Shown here: positions 1 through 10,895 of the stretch, piece after piece | Layout: every line of letters begins with the position of its first letter | Numbering within the stretch: the stretch's first letter is position 1 | NCBI RefSeq assembly: GCF_006345805.1 | Contig: NC_043012.1 | Coordinates: 10,974,001 to 11,038,000 of the forward strand | DNA from: Octopus sinensis | Lineage: Eukaryota | Length of the DNA stretch: 64,000 nt | Direction: 5' to 3' | Notes under the pieces: generated by a model | The model's input: the letters and a program-made list of their open reading frames with translations, nothing else | Database searches by the model: none | Told to the model about the DNA's origin: nothing | Made by a program: the position numbers and the translations under genes

Positions 1-45
1 GAAAGAAGTCAGTCGTACATATATGTTTTGTAGTATGATGTCTTT

Positions 46-375
46 GTGCGTGCATGTGTGTGTGTGTGTGGTGTGTGTGTGTGTGTATGTGTGTGTGTGT
101 GTGTGTGTGTGGTACTTGATTTTGTAACTCTATACTGTAAGCAGAGTCAAACACTTTATTGTAAAGAGCAAGTTGACAAGGACTTCAAATTTAGCCTACA
201 GAACAAAAATATGTGTATGTGTATACATACATACATAAATACATACATACATAAATACATACATACATAAATACATACATACATACATACATACATACAT
301 ACATACATGCATGCATACATACATAAATACATACATACATACATACATACATACATAAATACATACATACATAAG

Positions 376-409
<34 letters not shown>

Positions 410-579
410 AATACATACATACATAAATACATACATAAATACATACATACATACATAAATACATACATATATACATACATACATACATACATACATACAT
501 ACACACGCGCTCACACACGCCAACCTATATAGATTTACGTGGGTATAGATTTACGTATATATGTTCATAAGTATAAGTG

Positions 580-612
<33 letters not shown>

Positions 613-847
613 CGATGCGTACACACACACACTCACACACACCAGCATATATTCAGTTGTGTGTATATGTGTGTGTGTCGCATATTTGTCATTAGGTCAG
701 TTATTTCTCTCTAATTACACCATTGCCAGCTGTCATGGCTTTCATACATAATTAACGGCATAATTAGCCTTGTAAAGCAGTTATCATCCCACCCACTTCT
801 TCCCGCATAACCAGAGCACTCACACATTGTACATACACACACACACA

Positions 848-888
<41 letters not shown>

Positions 889-960
889 ACGCACGCACTA
901 GCACACACACACACACACACACACACAGACAACGCACGCACTAGCACACACACAAACGAA
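46..960. repeat. (GT)n, (TACA)n, (TA)n and (CA)n microsatellite cluster; similar clusters at 5900-5990, 10255-11160, 46540-47150, 50850-51210, 57900-58050, 61250-61500
   Basis: Directly visible; these account for most ORFs in the track. Confidence 0.95.
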
Positions 961-1199
961 CGTGTGCGCACACACGCAGTTCAAGTGGATTGCACTAACG
1001 CTAAACAATTCCTAATAAACGACAGACCTAATTATGTAGAGATCACCCTATAAGGTAACTTCTAATGAATCGCTTAACCTTTGGAAATAGCAGCCAAATA
1101 TCCCTCAAACCAGATCCTAACCTCTTAAAGTTATCTACTAATGAATTAACATGTAGGTGGCTGAATATTCCACAGACCTGTGTAACACTAATATAATAG

Positions 1200-1584
1200 A
1201 CGGTTACATTCAGTGATATACTCTATCACAAAGCGGCAAATTTAATTTCCAGATAAACCGATCCGCTGGGCTTCCGTACGCTTTCCGTTTATCCAACTTC
1301 ATTCACGCGACTTTCGTCTAGTGTCATGTTAAATGATGCATAACCAAAATACCAGGCACTGGAATCGAACCCGCGGCCTCATGTACACAACATTTGAATA
1401 TTTCATCCTTTATCTTTTACTTGTTACAATCATTTACACTGCATCCATGCTGGGGTACCACCTCGAAGAATTTCTAAGTTACGGGGACGTAAACACACCA
1501 GCACCGGTTGTCAAGCGGTGAGGAGAGACAAACACAGACGCAAAGGCACACATACACACACACGCATACACACACACACATGTA

Positions 1585-1628
<44 letters not shown>

Positions 1629-1785
1629 CATACATACATATACAACGCGCTTCTTTCAGTTTCCGTCTTCCAAAAGGCTTTGGTCGGTCCGAGGCTATAA
1701 TAGTAGACACTTACCCAAGGTGCCGCGCAGCAGGACTGAACTCGGGAACTTGTGGTTGGGAAGCAAGCTTCCAATATAAATGGTT
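1200..1785 (-). mobile_element. Degenerate SINE-A copies
   Basis: Reverse-complement matches to the SINE-A head and 3' half; B-box ggttcgattcc at 1361-1371. Confidence 0.65.
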
Positions 1786-2032
1786 TTAAACCAGTAGCGT
1801 CGCCAATAGGTGTGGATATGTATTTGTCAATTGTCAAATGTATTTCGTTGCGTTTCTTTACCTTTCTACAGCAAACACCACCGCCGCCGCCACCCTCCAC
1901 ACCACCGCCTCCACCACCACCACCACCACCCTCCATCCGGAGTTTAGTTTTCTTTTCATCCTTCGAAGGAGTGGCGTCCCATAGTCGTCGTCGTAGTTTT
2001 TTCTTGTCTCCATCATCATCATCATCATCATC

Positions 2033-2085
<53 letters not shown>

Positions 2086-3517
2086 TATCATCACCACCAC
2101 CATCATCATCACCACCATCACCACCACCACCACCACCATCACCGTCACCATCATCATCATCATCATAATATCTCGTAACATTGTTGGTTCTTGCGAAGTG
2201 TCACTAAAGAAGCCGTCTTCTTCTAATAATGAGTATATGGAAGATTTCAATGGAGATATATCCCCGATTGTTTTTCCCAGCCCCTACAGCAGGATTTGAA
2301 TTCAGTTCAGCGGATTTATGAAGTATTGATATACAGTCAATACTGTTTTTAGAGTAGTAGATACTAATCTACAATAGTAACTTGTCTCCACCATGTGCTA
2401 TCCAATTACCCCAACCGCAGTTTGTTTCCACCATCTGTTATTCCATACTGCTGTTATTTCTTCCCGCTAAGTGAGACCGATTTACCATGGTGGTAAGCTG
2501 ATCCTTTAATATGGGATCTATTTACCACGACTGCACTATGTTTCTTCCAAGTGGTCGCTATTTACTACAGCTACGAACTGTTCATTTATATACCCTGCAG
2601 TTGTAAGTTCTTCCTACCATGTGGTATGTATTAACCACTGCTACCACTGATATTCAACATCTACTGTCCATTCATTTATCCATACTTTGACAATCAGAGA
2701 GAAAACGTAATTTTATGTCCTTGAAAGAAACAAATTTGCATATAATTTAAATTTTATTTAACTAGAACATTACCAAAATTAAACAGAACACTGGAGAAGT
2801 TGCAATTTTTGACACACAAAACTTTTATTTTTTTCGTATAGAAAAAAAAAACTAATTATGTCGTTACTACGAACGATAAATTGTTGAGAGAGTTTGAATG
2901 TTATTGTTCTTGGTATAATTGTAGTAGTAGTCGAAAGCGTAGCTGTTGGTCGTTGTGTTACAGTCGCCGATCTTTCATTGTACTATCAGCTCGGATGAGC
3001 AACAGTCTGAGTCTACCCGCCGTCTATCTGCCGTCTCGTCTTTGCTGTCTCTCAATGCTCTCACTGCTGCATCCCAAAGCTCCTTGTCAAATAGTCGTGG
3101 TGTGGCGAATTTATACTGTTGGATAGGTTCAGAAGGAAGCATACGAAATGGTGAAATCGTCGCTGGAATCTATTGTACGCGAAGTCATGAATGGTCAGAT
3201 TTTGTTGATCACATGGTTAGTCATCGAGCGAATCTTAGAAATCTGATGTATTGATGTGACTGCTGAACATTCTCGCTACAAACCTTTGGCAAAATTTTGT
3301 GTTCTATGGTATAATATATATTTTGATGGATGGATTGGCAAAAACGGTGAGGTACCTTAGATATACCTTTGAAACTCAAAAATTGAAAACCTTCGGGTGA
3401 TCAAATTGGCAAAGTTAGCTGATAAAGCGGTTAAATTCCCATGTTGTGTTTGAAAGGAATTTTTTAATTCCAGGAACTTTAAAACCTAATTTATTTAGCT
3501 CTATCCAAACCATTCTC

Positions 3518-4012
3518 GGTGCTACTTTGGTGTGTGATCTACAACGGGGATTACTTTAGGTTCTTTTAAAATTATTTTGTACATACTTAGCATTGGAAAT
3601 GTATTTTTTTTCAAAATTCTTATTATTTTAATAATAAGAAAACCATATAACAATTAAAATAAGCGCGTAGATCACTCACCACAGTAAATTTGGTCATGTA
3701 GATCCCACGAAAAGTAGCACTAGCACAAAGTAAACTAAAAAGGAAACTAAAGTAATCTCCCTTTAAATTGTAGCTCATACGGCAAAGTGGCACCTTTCTT
3801 TTTCTTAAGAAATGATGTGAATTTAGCGCTAGTTTCTTGCAAAAATGCAACTGCCTTCTGGTTTCTTGTAAAAATGAAACTGCCGTTGTCTCATCGCTTA
3901 TCACACTGTAAAAATCTTTAACCAATATCTTAAATGTTTTTAGAAATCGGAAAGTAAACTAGAAAGTAACCTAAAGTAATCTCCCTTGTAGATCACACGA
4001 CAAAGTAGCACC
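3518..4012. mobile_element. TIR element (Merlin-like MITE, GGTGCTACTTTG termini)
   Basis: About 45-bp imperfect inverted repeats, ggtgctactttggtgtgtgatctacaacggggattactttagg and cctaaagtaatctcccttgtagatcacacgacaaagtagcacc; internal copies of the gtagatc motif; weak minus-strand trace DFYSVISDETTAVSFLQE. No TSD seen. Confidence 0.7.
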
Positions 4013-4329
4013 AGAGTTCCTTGTTTTTATGTTTATGTTATTGTATTGTGAAAGCGCGTGGCCTAGTGGTTAAGTTCTTGCACTCATGATCGCTGGGATT
4101 ATGCGTTCGATTCCCAGTACTGGGTTGCACGTTGTGTTCTTGATCAAAAAACTTCATTGTATGTTGCTCCAGTCCCACTTTCGATTAGAAGGGTATGTTG
4201 ACCTTCTCACCAAGGCAGCGGGAGTGGCATCATTTGAAGGATGTGACCAGCGATGTCTAACAACTTCTGATAACTCTACCGGTCACGTATTCACGTGAAT
4301 TTTTTATTATTTTATTGTGTTTCATTTGT

Positions 4330-4688
4330 TTAATTATGGGTGGACATAATTGTTATCCAGCTCTGTTTACGAGTGACACCTCAGTTTATGGCCACATGAT
4401 ATCTTTTTTCTCATAAATAACTGGGATATTTTCATATGACACCGCAAAAAATTGTTGTTGACAGACTTCGGCAGAAATCGTTTTCACCTCAATAGACGTC
4501 ATTGATTGGTTGAAATTGCGGAAAATTAAGAAATTAAAGACCAAATATCTTACAAATTATAGAATTTTCTCAAGAAAGCCAAGAGAAAAAGATGTTTTAT
4601 AAACACATTCTACCAGTATACGAAGTTTAGAATTTTTTAGTTACCTAGAAATTATTTTTAAAATCTGCCGGTCAAACCGAAAAGATCC
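4330..4688 (-). mobile_element. Truncated GGATCTTTTC-family TIR element
   Basis: One terminus (caaaccgaaaagatcc, ending 4688); the subterminal sequence aaacttcgtatactggta is shared with the 13127 MITE. Confidence 0.6.
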
Positions 4689-4879
4689 GGAAAGATCTCG
4701 TCCGAACCTATTAGCCCTCAGGTCTCTACCAATCATAAAACTCATTTAGATTTGTACAATTACAATACTTAATCTCGGCTTTATTTTTGTAATGGCTTTA
4801 ATAAAGCAGAACACACAGTTCCAGTCAAAGCATGGATACCAACTCTATCTCATGACTGTATATTAGTGATAATAAGTAT

Positions 4880-5295
4880 AGGAACAGGAGTGGCTGTGTG
4901 GTAAGTAGCTTGCTAACCAACCACATGGTTCCGGGTTCAGTCCCACTGCGTGGCATCTTGGGCAAGTGTTTTCTACTATAGCCTCAAGCCGACCAATGCC
5001 TTGTGAGTGGATTTGGTAGGCAGAAACTGAAAGAAGCCCGTCGTATATATGTATATATATATATATGTATGTGCGTGTGTGTTTGTGTGTCTGTGTTTGT
5101 CCCCCCAGCATTGCTTGACAACCGATGCTGGTGTGTTTGCGTCCCCGTCACTTAGCGGTTCGGCAAAACGGACCGATAGAATAAGTACTGGGCTTACAAA
5201 GAATAAGTCCCGGGGTCGATTTGCTCGACTAAAAGGCGGTGCTCCAGCATGGCCGCAGTCAAATGACTGAAACAAGTAAAAGAGAGAGAGAAAGA
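4880..5295 (+). mobile_element. tRNA-derived CORE-type SINE (family A here; Octopus OR-like), full length
   Basis: Head caggagtggctgtgtggtaag...ggttccgggttcagtccc; CORE-like gtggcatcttgggcaagtg; internal (TA)(TG) tract; tail gactgaaacaagtaaaagag. Confidence 0.85.
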
Positions 5296-5987
5296 GAACG
5301 GTTAAGGTAACGAACTGGCGGAATCGTTTACCGCACCGGACAAAATGCTTAGCAGCGTTTCTTCCGGCTTTATATTCTGTGTTCAAATGCCGCTGGAGTC
5401 GACTTTGCCTTCCGCCCTTTCGGAGTCGATAAAATAAGTACCAGTTTAATCCTGGAGTCGACGTAATCGATTGACTCGCGCACGCGAAAGTTCTGGCCTT
5501 GTGCTGAAATTTGAAACTTAATATTTATTGCAGCTGAATTTCCCCTGGAAGTACACACTATAAAAAAAAAAAAAAACAAGAAAGGCGTTTTTTTATAATG
5601 TAATCGTAAATAAGCTAAGACTGATGATAAGACGGGATGGTCATGAAAGGAACGTGATGTTCATTTCATCGCTAATTTGATATTTAAAAAAATAAACAGC
5701 TGAAAGAAACGACAAGTTTATTGATGGCTTGAAATACTCAAAAGTGATGAGTTATCTCGCTTGATGTTTGGGAGAGTTATTTCCCTTGACTAGTAAATTC
5801 TAAACAAAAAAAGAGACTTGAGATTTTTTTCTAAAATTATACACGCACGCATACGTACGTACGTACATCTATACATAGGTACATGCATGACTGCATAATA
5901 CATGCATGCATGCATACATACATACATACATACATACATACATACATACATACATACATACATACATACATACATACATACATACAT

Positions 5988-6415
5988 ACGACTTGGAAGG
6001 CAGCTTCTCGAGCAGCATTCCTTGTCTCATAACCTTAAATACACGCCCAAAGAAGTCGCACGACTCTGCCGCAACATATCATCAAAAGATGAAATGATGA
6101 GCGCATATGTGTAGAAGACCATGCATGGATATGTTAATTGAAAGCTCAGAGATTATAGCAACATCGATCATCAAAGCAGTCTACCATGGACCAACAACCA
6201 GGTTACTACGTCCCACTTCGAAGGGTACGCGTTTGCAATCCAGGAACAGGAAATATTAATCAAATACCTGATACACAAAAGGGGTCACAAATCTAGGAAA
6301 AGCAGTAAAATGTGATAACCGATGGAAACTTTGTGAGGTAAACACCGAAGATATTACCCCCATCATAAACAGTTGTCCGAAAACGTCACCAAGGTATTAT
6401 CTACCGATGAGACCC
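5988..6415 (+). mobile_element. Degraded R4/Dong-like (RLE) non-LTR retrotransposon C-terminal fragment, 5' of the Gypsy insertion
   Basis: Translates, with stops and a frameshift, to MHGYV...TSHFEGYAFAIQEQEI...EDITPIINSCPKTSPRYYLPMR (zinc-knuckle region). Confidence 0.75.
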
Positions 6416-7890
6416 TGTAGTGATGCTACTGTGTAGGGTTCGGCGCGCATGCGCAGAATGGGACTACTTCCGGGTGGCCACCGGAAGTCTTCCCCATGCG
6501 CATGTGCGGGGAAACATCTCTCGAGCCCGCGAACCTCAAATCTCTCTCTTCGGCTCAAGACAGCACTGCGATCGGTCACGGTTTTCCTGGCTCTGACAGC
6601 CACACACCAGCTTCAACCAACTTCAACCAACCTCAACGACCAACACCAGCAGTATCTCAGAGGCTGTCTATTCCCCCATCAGACAACGTACAACCATGAA
6701 TCAATAAACCAAGTTGTCTGTTCACCTTTAACCTGAGTTTCGTCTGTTTGTTTCCTGCAAGAGAATTGTATGTGACTAGAAAGGATCTCGACACCCTGCC
6801 AGTGCTTCGATATATATCCTTTCACGTTACAATTGGTGACCCCGACGTGATCCGGCGACCTATGTCACCAGACTGCGGGAATATTTTTCAACCTTCCGCC
6901 CATGCTTCCCAGAAAGCAATCTCCACCGTCCCATCTTCCACCGGATATGACACCTGGTCGCATGTTTTTGTTCGGACGATTCTGTGAAGGGCCACTTGTT
7001 TCTCCCTATAAAGGACCTTTTCGTGTGCTTTCTCACACAAAAAGGTTTTCACGATTGAGATAAATGGTCGTTCGGAGACCGTTTTCCGTGGACCGTTTAA
7101 AAAAGGCACATTTTGAGACGTCTTCATCTTTTGATGACAACCTTGACACACCCCCTATGCACCTTTAACAACACTTCACCTGCACAAACGCCTCACCTGC
7201 ACAAACGCCTTCACCTGCACAAACACCTTCACCGGCTCCTACAACACCACCCTCGCCGTCAACGGGTGCCCCGAGCACACCGTATGTTACAAAATCGGGC
7301 AGAACAGTGCATTGGCCCAGAAACTTTCAAAAACAATTTACATTTAACTTTCTTTAAAATGTTTCTTATTGTATAATAGTAGTACCAAGTCTTCTGGGGG
7401 ATCGGCAAGCCTTCTGTTTTCTGCAGCACCACCACAATATTCTGGTTGCCGTACTTCGCACTCGGAGGGGAGCCCTGTAGTGATGCTACTGTGTAGGGTT
7501 CGGCGCGCATGCGCAGAATGGGACTACTTCCGGGTGGCCCCGGAAGTCTTCCCCATGCGCATGTGCGGGGAAACATCTCTCGAGCCCGCGAACCTCAAAT
7601 CTCTCTCTTCGGCTCAAGACAGCACTGCGATCGGTCACGGTTTTCCTGGCTCTGACAGCCACACACCAGCTTCAACCACTTCAACCAACCTCAACGACCA
7701 ACACCAGCAGTATCTCAGAGGCTGTCTATTCCCCCATCAGACAACGTACAACCATGAATCAATAAACCAAGTTGTCTGTTCACCTTTAACCTGAGTTTCG
7801 TCTGTTTGTTTCCTGCAAGAGAATTGTATGTGACTAGAAAGGATCTCGACACCCTGCCAGTGCTTCGATGATAGATCCTTTCACGTTACA
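6416..7890 (+). mobile_element. Internally deleted Ty3/Gypsy LTR retrotransposon (CsRN1-like), non-autonomous
   Basis: Two near-identical LTRs, 6416-6831 and 7476-7890 (TG...CA, AATAAA at 6703); PBS TGGTGACCCCGACGTGAT at 6834-6851, complementary to the tRNA-Trp 3' end; PPT GGAGGGGAG at 7464-7472; the interior encodes only a frameshifted integrase C-terminus (PLVSPYKGPFRVL...SVDRLKKAH...YVTKSGRTVHWP). Confidence 0.93.
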
Positions 7891-7943
7891 ACACTATATA
7901 ATGAAATCCGTCGGGAGGATAGCCTCCAGGACAAAGAAATAAG
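7891..7943 (+). mobile_element. Continuation of the R4/Dong-like fragment after the 3' LTR
   Basis: Reads TLYNEIRREDSLQDKEI, the kind of sequence expected shortly after YYLPMR(H). Confidence 0.55.
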
Positions 7944-8342
7944 GGTGCTACTTTGGTATGCCGTCTATGTAGCCAGCGTGATCTTTAAGAGTCAAATGAT
8001 ACTTTAGTATGCGATTTACGTGTTTCGTTTATTTATTAGGGCTTAAATAAAACATTCTTATGTTTTTATACATTAAAAAAAATTTAATGAAGCAGATTTG
8101 AAACAAGTTTATGGGCGAATCGAACGACCATCAGCTAGAAAATTAAAAAATAGATAATTAAAGTTTTTATACACTTTATGCATTTATTATTAAAAAGAAA
8201 TTAGAACGAAGCAAATTTGAAACAAGTTTACTAATTTTATTGGTTAATCAAACGAACATCAGTTAGAAAAGTTGTTCTTGATAAGTACGTATAACTTTTC
8301 TTGTTGTAGATCACAATATAAAGTGTAGATCGCATACCAAAG
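7944..8342. mobile_element. Second GGTGCTACTTTG-family TIR element with degenerate right end
   Basis: Left end ggtgctactttggtatgc; right end gtagatcgcataccaaag; internal direct repeat of about 120 bp (gaagcagatttgaaacaagttt / gaagcaaatttgaaacaagttt). Confidence 0.6.
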
Positions 8343-8348
8343 CAGTTT

Positions 8349-8394
8349 CATGGCATGTAGATCGGACACCAATGTGTCCGATCTACATGCCATG
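8349..8394. repeat. Perfect hairpin, 21-bp arms, 4-nt loop
   Basis: catggcatgtagatcggacac-caat-gtgtccgatctacatgccatg. Confidence 0.95.
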
Positions 8395-8599
8395 TAGGGA
8401 TTTTGGTGAATCCCTTTGTCTGGGAAGCTCAGTCGGCGGTGTTGCAGGGAAGAAATGGAACGTTAAAAAACGAACAAAAAAAACAGTTGAGATGACTGAA
8501 CCCATCTTGGAAAAAGTTAAAGGAGTGGTCACGGAACATACGGCTTGGTTTAAGATGACCTCGGAACAAATGGATACGTCACAAGAATAAGAAAGACAA

Positions 8600-9190
8600 G
8601 TGAGGTATGGCGAATATAGAAATGTTATATTGAAAAGGAGAACCCTTCAATAGAAGCAACAGTGTCAGAAAGCCAATGCGCATGAGCAATAAAAGAGACA
8701 GTTGGATAAACTAAGCCATCAAGGAACTAGTTATGTCAAATGGAACCTACACGGTTTCAATCCCCACCGCCCACTGTTAGAGAGATATCTCCATCCCCAT
8801 CAAATATCAGACAGCGAGGTTAGCGCAGAAGTTATGGATTCAAGTTATATCGAAGCAGAATATATGACATCACTTTCAGAGTATTCCTGGTGACATAACC
8901 AAGTCCTAGGTATCCTTACTGATTACACTAAACCAACAATGTAACAGCGTCAATGAAATGGGGGATTAACATAAAGCTGTACCCAGATGTTTTGTCATAT
9001 GGAGAGCGAGAGCGGACAACGCAATCACGTAGACAAAGGAAAGCTGGTATCTAGACTTCAGCGAGGTGTTAACGATTGAGCAGTGCAGAGGATTGGAAGA
9101 AAGTGTTCATATTCCTAGTCAGTAGAATAACTATAGATTGTGCTACTCGAGGTTGTCCTTGGGTTTTCTGTCACCTCCCTGAGAAACGCT
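8600..9190 (+). mobile_element. Highly degraded HERO-like RLE non-LTR retrotransposon fragment
   Basis: Interrupted motifs QMEPTRF...PSPSNIRQRG, YSW*HNQVLGIL and EV.LGFSVTSLR resemble MEP.RISF...LPSPSNL..WG, YTWRHNQVL and EVGCRGF. Confidence 0.55.
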
Positions 9191-9204
9191 GCTACATACA
9201 TACA

Positions 9205-9572
9205 TCTCTCTATGTATAAACGGCAAAATGTTTGTGTGTATGTGTGTCCTTTATACAAATCCACAATTTCTCAGTTAGAGGGCTCGCACTTTCTATGGTC
9301 ATTCAAAACCGTCTAAGGGTGGTCGTGCACATCTTTACATTTCCCCAGTCACCCCGCAAAGTCAATAAAAAATCAATAGAAGTTACATTTTTGTGAATTT
9401 TCTCTCCAAAACCCAATCAAAATGCCCGAAACTTGATACGCCAATTGAATTCCAGCTGGCTGTATGTGATTGGTCGGAGATTTGGACAGTACTCGCGTGT
9501 ATGTGCACACGCATGCAACTGTATATGCATGCACTAGCACTATGACCCGACTTTGCCGGGTCATAGTGCTAG
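9205..9572 (+). mobile_element. Non-autonomous Helitron
   Basis: A|TC 5' end; 3' end CTAG|T with perfect 16-bp inverted repeat ctagcactatgacccg...cgggtcatagtgctag (9534-9572); no TSD. Confidence 0.8.
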
Positions 9573-10254
9573 TATATATATAAAATGTTGCCTCATCATC
9601 ACCAGTCACAAAATATTCTACCCCGAGCGGAGCGCCTGTCATCCTTCCCTCTTCGACGATGTTAGTGAAATAATAATGCAATACTCTGGTCTTATGATAG
9701 AGTTTGGTTCAACAAAATATTCTGAATGTTGAATTGATGGTACGTTGGAAAGGTATTTCGGAGTGAGCACATAAAAGAATCCCAAATGCAAAGGGCTTAG
9801 CAATGAGGAGCACAGTGTAGAGGTGGGTTGGCATGGGTTTGTGACTAGATACTCTACATCACACTTAACTGATGTTGAGATTGGAAAATACAGTAGGGCC
9901 GTGATGGCTGGAGATAGGAAAGAAACAAAACTGATTCAACATGGATGTGGCAGATGTTTACGAGAAAAAAATATTGGGAGAAAACAAGAAATGATTCATT
10001 AGAAACGGAACAAAATGGCTTCCGTGTGGTTGGGTGGTTGCTGCTGCACGCTGTGCATTGAGGTGGTTGCATAGATGAAAGAAGAATATTATTGGATTTG
10101 GGTCAAAACGACTCGGACAAACCTCTCAGGACATCGATGCCGCACGGGACTACACGAAAAGGGGGAGATAACTGTGGGTGAGATACGAAATCCGTTTGTG
10201 AGATGTGAGTTGCCAGCTTAGGAAGAGATTGTCCCGCAATACAAACTGTATACA

Positions 10255-10324
<70 letters not shown>

Positions 10325-10733
10325 ATGTATGTATGTATGTATGTATGTATGTATGTATGTATGTATGTATGTATGTATATATGCATGCATGCATGTATGT
10401 ATGTATGTATGTATGTATGTGTATGTATGTATGTATGTATGTGTAAGCATCAACACACACACACTCACACGTGATATAGAACACGTCTTTCTTCACCTCG
10501 GCTGCTTAGTCCGTGCACAAATTACGCAGTTGAGTGTTTATGCTTTTGTGTTTATTAATAGAGAAAATATTCGTTTAGAGTATTTAGTCCAAGGTTTGGC
10601 TTCACTGAAACAGGATATCTCAGTCAAGTAAGAGAAATTACTGGTGGTCAGTATTATTATTATTATTATTATTATTATTTTTATTATGGGACTATTTACT
10701 TCGTCTTCTTGTTTACGGCCAGCCGCCAAGTCC

Positions 10734-10764
<31 letters not shown>

Positions 10765-10859
10765 AGTGTGTATGCGTGTATATGTGTGTAAGGCCAGCCT
10801 CCAAGTGAGTGTATGTGTTTATGCATGCATGCATGTATATAAAAATGTATGTATGTATG

Positions 10860-10895
<36 letters not shown>

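Noticed and set aside
46-971. Numerous ORFs such as MYVCMYV, HTHT, IYIY and CVCV throughout the track
   Set aside because: Translations of stop-free microsatellites, with no domain or complexity.
1511-2250. Poly-D/G/P/S ORFs, including DKKKLRRRLWDATPSKDEKKTKLRMEGGG with a possible AAG|GTAAAG donor
   Set aside because: Mostly GAT/GGT repeat; that frame is closed just upstream and nothing is recognisable.
2881-3254. Short ORFs of 57-102 aa in unique-looking DNA
   Set aside because: No motifs, splice context or homology I can recognise.
4880-4960. tRNA-like heads as true tRNA genes (all SINE families)
   Set aside because: A/B boxes are present, but there is no proper cloverleaf or oligo-T terminator, and they continue into SINE bodies.
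6397-7794. Small ORFs in the LTRs as host genes
   Set aside because: Duplicated with the LTRs and differ by frameshifts between the copies.
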